Source of the DNA: Perkinsela sp. CCAP 1560/9
Taxonomy: Eukaryota; Protista; Euglenozoa: Kinetoplastea
DNA: 64,000 nucleotides
NCBI GenBank assembly: GCA_965644495.1
Contig: CBFFSA010000035.1
Location: 1-64,000 of the forward strand
Direction of reading: 5' to 3'
The position numbers and the translations under genes are program-made. Positions 59,401 to 64,000 of the stretch are shown piece after piece (position 1 is the first letter of the stretch; every line of letters begins with the position of its first letter). The notes below the pieces were generated by a model. The model worked only from the letters and a program-made list of their open reading frames with translations. It was not told the origin of the DNA and ran no database searches.

Positions 59401-62400
59401 AGCCCCTTTCTTTTGTTAAGACCCTTTCTTTTGTTAAGCCCCTTTCTTTTGTTAAGACCCTTTCTTTTGTTAAGACCCTTTCTTTTGTTAAGCCCCTTTC
59501 TTTTGTTAAGACCCTTTCTTTTGTTAAGACCCTTTCTTTTGTTAAGACCCTTTCTTTTGTTAAGCCCCTTTTTTTTGTTAAGACCCTTTCTTTTGTTAAG
59601 ACCCTTTCTTTTGTTAAGACCCTTTCTTTTGTTAAGACCCTTTCTTTTGTTAAGACCCTTTCTTTTGTTAAGACCCTTTCTTTTGCTAAGACCCTTCCTT
59701 TTGTTAAGACCCTTTCTTTTGTTAAGACCCTTTCTTTTGTTAAGACCCTTTCTTTTGTTAAGACCCTTTCTTTTGTTAAGACCCTTTCTTTTGCTAAGAC
59801 CCTTCCTTTTGTTAAGACCCTTTCTTTTGTTAAGACCCTTTCTTTTGTTAAGACCCTTTCTTTTGTTAAGACCCTTTCTTTTGTTAAGACCCTTTCTTTT
59901 GTTAAGACCCTTTCTTTTGTTAAGACCCTTTCTTTTGTTAAGACCCTTTCTTTTGTTAAGACCCTTTCTTTTGTTAAGACCCTTTCTTTTGTTAAGACCC
60001 TTTCTTTTGTTAAGACCCTTTCTTTTGTTAAGACCCTTTCTTTTGTTAAGACCCTTTCTTTTGTTAAGACCCTTTCTTTTATTAAGATCCTTTCTTTTGT
60101 TAAGACCCTTTCTTTTGTTAAGCCCCTTTCTTTTGTTAAGCCCCTTTCTTTTGTTAAGACCCTTTCTTTTGTTAAGCCCCTTTCTTTTGTTAAGACCCTT
60201 TCTTTTGTTAAGACCCTTTCTTTTGTTAAGACCTTTTCTTTTGTTAAGACCCTTTCTTTTGTTAAGCCCCTTTCTTTTGTTAAGACCCTTTCTTTTGTTA
60301 AGACCCTTTCTTTTGTTAAGACCCTTTCTTTTGTTAAGACCCTTTCTTTTGTTAAGACCCTTTCTTTTGTTAAAACCCTTTCTTTTGTTAAGCCCCTTTC
60401 TTTTGTTAAGACCCTTTCTTTTGTTAAAACCCTTTCTTTTGTTAAGACCCTTTCTTTTGTTAAGACCCTTTCTTTTGTTAAGCCCCTTTCTTTTGTTAAG
60501 ACCCTTTCTTTTGTTAAGACCCTTTCTTTTGTTAAGCCCCTTTCTTTTGTTAAGCCCCTTTCTTTTGTTAAGACCCTTTCTTTTGTTAAGACCCTTTCTT
60601 TTGTTAAGCCCCTTTCTTTTGTTAAGACCTTTTCTTTTGTTAAGCCCCTTTTTTTTGTTAAGACCCTTTCTTTTGTTAAGACCCTTTCTTTTGTTAAGAC
60701 CCTTTCTTTTGTTAAGACCCTTTCTTTTGTTAAGACCCTTTCTTTTGTTAAAACCCTTTCTTTTGTTAAGCCCCTTTCTTTTGTTAAGACCCTTTCTTTT
60801 GTTAAGACCCTTTCTTTTGTTAAGACCCTTTCTTTTGTTAAGCCCCTTTCTTTTGTTAAGACCCTTTCTTTTGTTAAGACCCTTTCTTTTGTTAAGACCC
60901 TTTCTTTTGTTAAGACCCTTTCTTTTGTTAAAACCCTTTCTTTTGTTAAGCCCCTTTCTTTTGTTAAGCCCCTTTCTTTTGTTAAGACCCTTTCTTTTGT
61001 TAAGACCCTTTCTTTTGTTAAGACCCTTTCTTTTGTTAAGACCCTTTCTTTTGTTAAGACCCTTTCTTTTGTTAAGACCCTTTCTTTTGTTAAGACCCTT
61101 TCTTTTGTTAAGACCCTTTCTTTTGTTAAGACCCTTTCTTTTGTTAAGCCCCTTTCTTTTGTTAAGACCCTTTCTTTTGTTAAGACCCTTTCTTTTGTTA
61201 AGACCCTTTCTTTTGTTAAGCCCCTTTTTTTTGTTAAGACCCTTTCTTTTGTTAAGACCCTTTCTTTTGTTAAGACCCTTTCTTTTGTTAAGACCCTTTC
61301 TTTTGTTAAGCCCCTTTCTTTTGTTAAGACCCTTTCTTTTGTTAAGACCCTTTCTTTTGTTAAGACCCTTTCTTTTGTTAAGACCCTTTCTTTTGTTAAG
61401 CCCCTTTTTTTTGTTAAGACCCTTTCTTTTGTTAAGACCCTTTCTTTTGTTAAGACCCTTTCTTTTGTTAAGACCCTTTCTTTTGTTAAGCCCCTTTCTT
61501 TTGTTAAGACCCTTTCTTTTGTTAAGACCCTTTCTTTTGCTAAGACCCTTCCTTTTGTTAAGACCCTTTCTTTTGTTAAGACCCTTTCTTTTGTTAAGAC
61601 CCTTTCTTTTGTTAAGACCCTTTCTTTTGTTAAGACCCTTTCTTTTGCTAAGACCCTTCCTTTTGTTAAGACCCTTTCTTTTGTTAAGACCCTTTCTTTT
61701 GTTAAGACCCTTTCTTTTGTTAAGACCCTTTCTTTTGTTAAGACCCTTTCTTTTGTTAAGACCCTTTCTTTTGTTAAGACCCTTTCTTTTGTTAAGACCC
61801 TTTCTTTTGTTAAGCCCCTTTCTTTTGTTAAGCCCCTTTCTTTTGTTAAGACCCTTTCTTTTGTTAAGACCCTTTCTTTTGTTAAGCCCCTTTTTTTTGT
61901 TAAGACCCTTTCTTTTGTTAAGACCCTTTCTTTTGTTAAGACCCTTTCTTTTGTTAAGACCCTTTCTTTTGTTAAGACCCTTTCTTTTGTTAAGACCCTT
62001 TCTTTTGTTAAGACCCTTTCTTTTGCTAAGACCCTTCCTTTTGTTAAGACCCTTTCTTTTGTTAAGACCCTTTCTTTTGTTAAGCCCCTTTCTTTTGTTA
62101 AGACCCTTTCTTTTGTTAAGACCCTTTCTTTTGTTAAGACCCTTTCTTTTGTTAAGCCCCTTTCTTTTGTTAAGACCCTTTCTTTTGTTAAGACCCTTTC
62201 TTTTGTTAAGCCCCTTTCTTTTGTTAAGACCCTTTCTTTTGTTAAGCCCCTTTCTTTTGTTAAGACCCTTTCTTTTGTTAAAACCCTTTCTTTTGTTAAG
62301 CCCCTTTCTTTTGTTAAGACCCTTTCTTTTGTTAAGACCCTTTCTTTTGTTAAGACCCTTTCTTTTGTTAAGCCCCTTTCTTTTGTTAAGACCCTTTCTT

Positions 62401-64000
62401 TTGTTAAGACCCTTTCTTTTGTTAAGCCCCTTTCTTTTGTTAAGACCCTTTCTTTTGTTAAGCCCCTTTCTTTTGTTAAGACCCTTTCTTTTGTTAAGAC
62501 CCTTTCTTTTGTTAAGACCCTTTCTTTTGTTAAGACCCTTTCTTTTGTTAAGACCCTTTCTTTTGTTAAGACCCTTTCTTTTGTTAAGACCCTTTCTTTT
62601 GTTAAGACCCTTTCTTTTGTTAAGACCCTTTCTTTTGTTAAGACCCTTTCTTTTGTTAAGACCCTTTCTTTTGTTAAGACCCTTTCTTTTGTTAAGACCC
62701 TTTCTTTTATTAAGATCCTTTCTTTTGTTAAGACCCTTTCTTTTGTTAAGCCCCTTTCTTTTGTTAAGCCCCTTTCTTTTGTTAAGACCCTTTCTTTTGT
62801 TAAGCCCCTTTCTTTTGTTAAGACCCTTTCTTTTGTTAAGACCCTTTCTTTTGTTAAGACCTTTTCTTTTGTTAAGACCCTTTCTTTTGTTAAGCCCCTT
62901 TCTTTTGTTAAGACCCTTTCTTTTGTTAAGACCCTTTCTTTTGTTAAGACCCTTTCTTTTGTTAAGACCCTTTCTTTTGTTAAGACCCTTTCTTTTGTTA
63001 AAACCCTTTCTTTTGTTAAGCCCCTTTCTTTTGTTAAGACCCTTTCTTTTGTTAAAACCCTTTCTTTTGTTAAGACCCTTTCTTTTGTTAAGACCCTTTC
63101 TTTTGTTAAGCCCCTTTCTTTTGTTAAGACCCTTTCTTTTGTTAAGACCCTTTCTTTTGTTAAGCCCCTTTCTTTTGTTAAGCCCCTTTCTTTTGTTAAG
63201 ACCCTTTCTTTTGTTAAGACCCTTTCTTTTGTTAAGCCCCTTTCTTTTGTTAAGACCTTTTCTTTTGTTAAGCCCCTTTTTTTTGTTAAGACCCTTTCTT
63301 TTGTTAAGACCCTTTCTTTTGTTAAGACCCTTTCTTTTGTTAAGACCCTTTCTTTTGTTAAGACCCTTTCTTTTGTTAAAACCCTTTCTTTTGTTAAGCC
63401 CCTTTCTTTTGTTAAGACCCTTTCTTTTGTTAAGACCCTTTCTTTTGTTAAGACCCTTTCTTTTGTTAAGCCCCTTTCTTTTGTTAAGACCCTTTCTTTT
63501 GTTAAGACCCTTTCTTTTGTTAAGACCCTTTCTTTTGTTAAGACCCTTTCTTTTGTTAAAACCCTTTCTTTTGTTAAGCCCCTTTCTTTTGTTAAGCCCC
63601 TTTCTTTTGTTAAGACCCTTTCTTTTGTTAAGACCCTTTCTTTTGTTAAGACCCTTTCTTTTGTTAAGACCCTTTCTTTTGTTAAGACCCTTTCTTTTGT
63701 TAAGACCCTTTCTTTTGTTAAGACCCTTTCTTTTGTTAAGACCCTTTCTTTTGTTAAGCCCCTTTCTTTTGTTAAGACCCTTTCTTTTGTTAAGACCCTT
63801 TCTTTTGTTAAGACCCTTTCTTTTGTTAAGCCCCTTTTTTTTGTTAAGACCCTTTCTTTTGTTAAGACCCTTTCTTTTGTTAAGACCCTTTCTTTTGTTA
63901 AGACCCTTTCTTTTGTTAAGCCCCTTTCTTTTGTTAAGACCCTTTCTTTTGTTAAGACCCTTTCTTTTGTTAAGACCCTTTCTTTTGTTAAGACCCTTTC
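47471..64000 (+). repeat. 18-bp satellite array 2, ~918 units, runs off the window
   Basis: Same unit and the same variant set as array 1. Confidence 0.99.

Overview
Eukaryotic, transposon-saturated DNA, most likely from a kinetoplastid/diplonemid-type euglenozoan. The evidence is a 39-nt spliced-leader (SL)-like sequence, AATCTTTAACGATAAAGATACAGTTTCTGTACCTTGTTG, found three times. Bases 1-19.9 kb hold one housekeeping gene (SRP19) among mobile DNA: an intact Tc1/mariner element with DD32E spacing, a MITE nested in a decayed Tc1 copy, a hAT remnant, other TIR elements, an ITR-bounded DIRS/VIPER-like RT-RNase H element with no recognisable tyrosine recombinase, and fragments of CRE-like non-LTR elements. 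From ~20 kb the window is built on an 18-bp satellite (TTTTGTTAAGACCCTTTC). Short tracts of it alternate with co-oriented retro-inserted RNAs: two full-length CRE-like RT/REL retrotransposons, 3' fragments, and an SL-to-poly(A) RNA copy. Every tract starts at the same register, two of them directly after a poly(A) tail. From 29.8 kb to the end is ~33 kb of indel-free satellite, interrupted once by a Mutator-like element (9-bp TSD) carrying an SL-headed ORF. The main candidate novel system is a satellite-targeting CRE-like retrotransposon machinery that also inserts trans-spliced RNAs, with one element fused to an ataxin-2/Pbp1-type LsmAD motif. All family assignments rest on motif recognition by eye; no searches were run.
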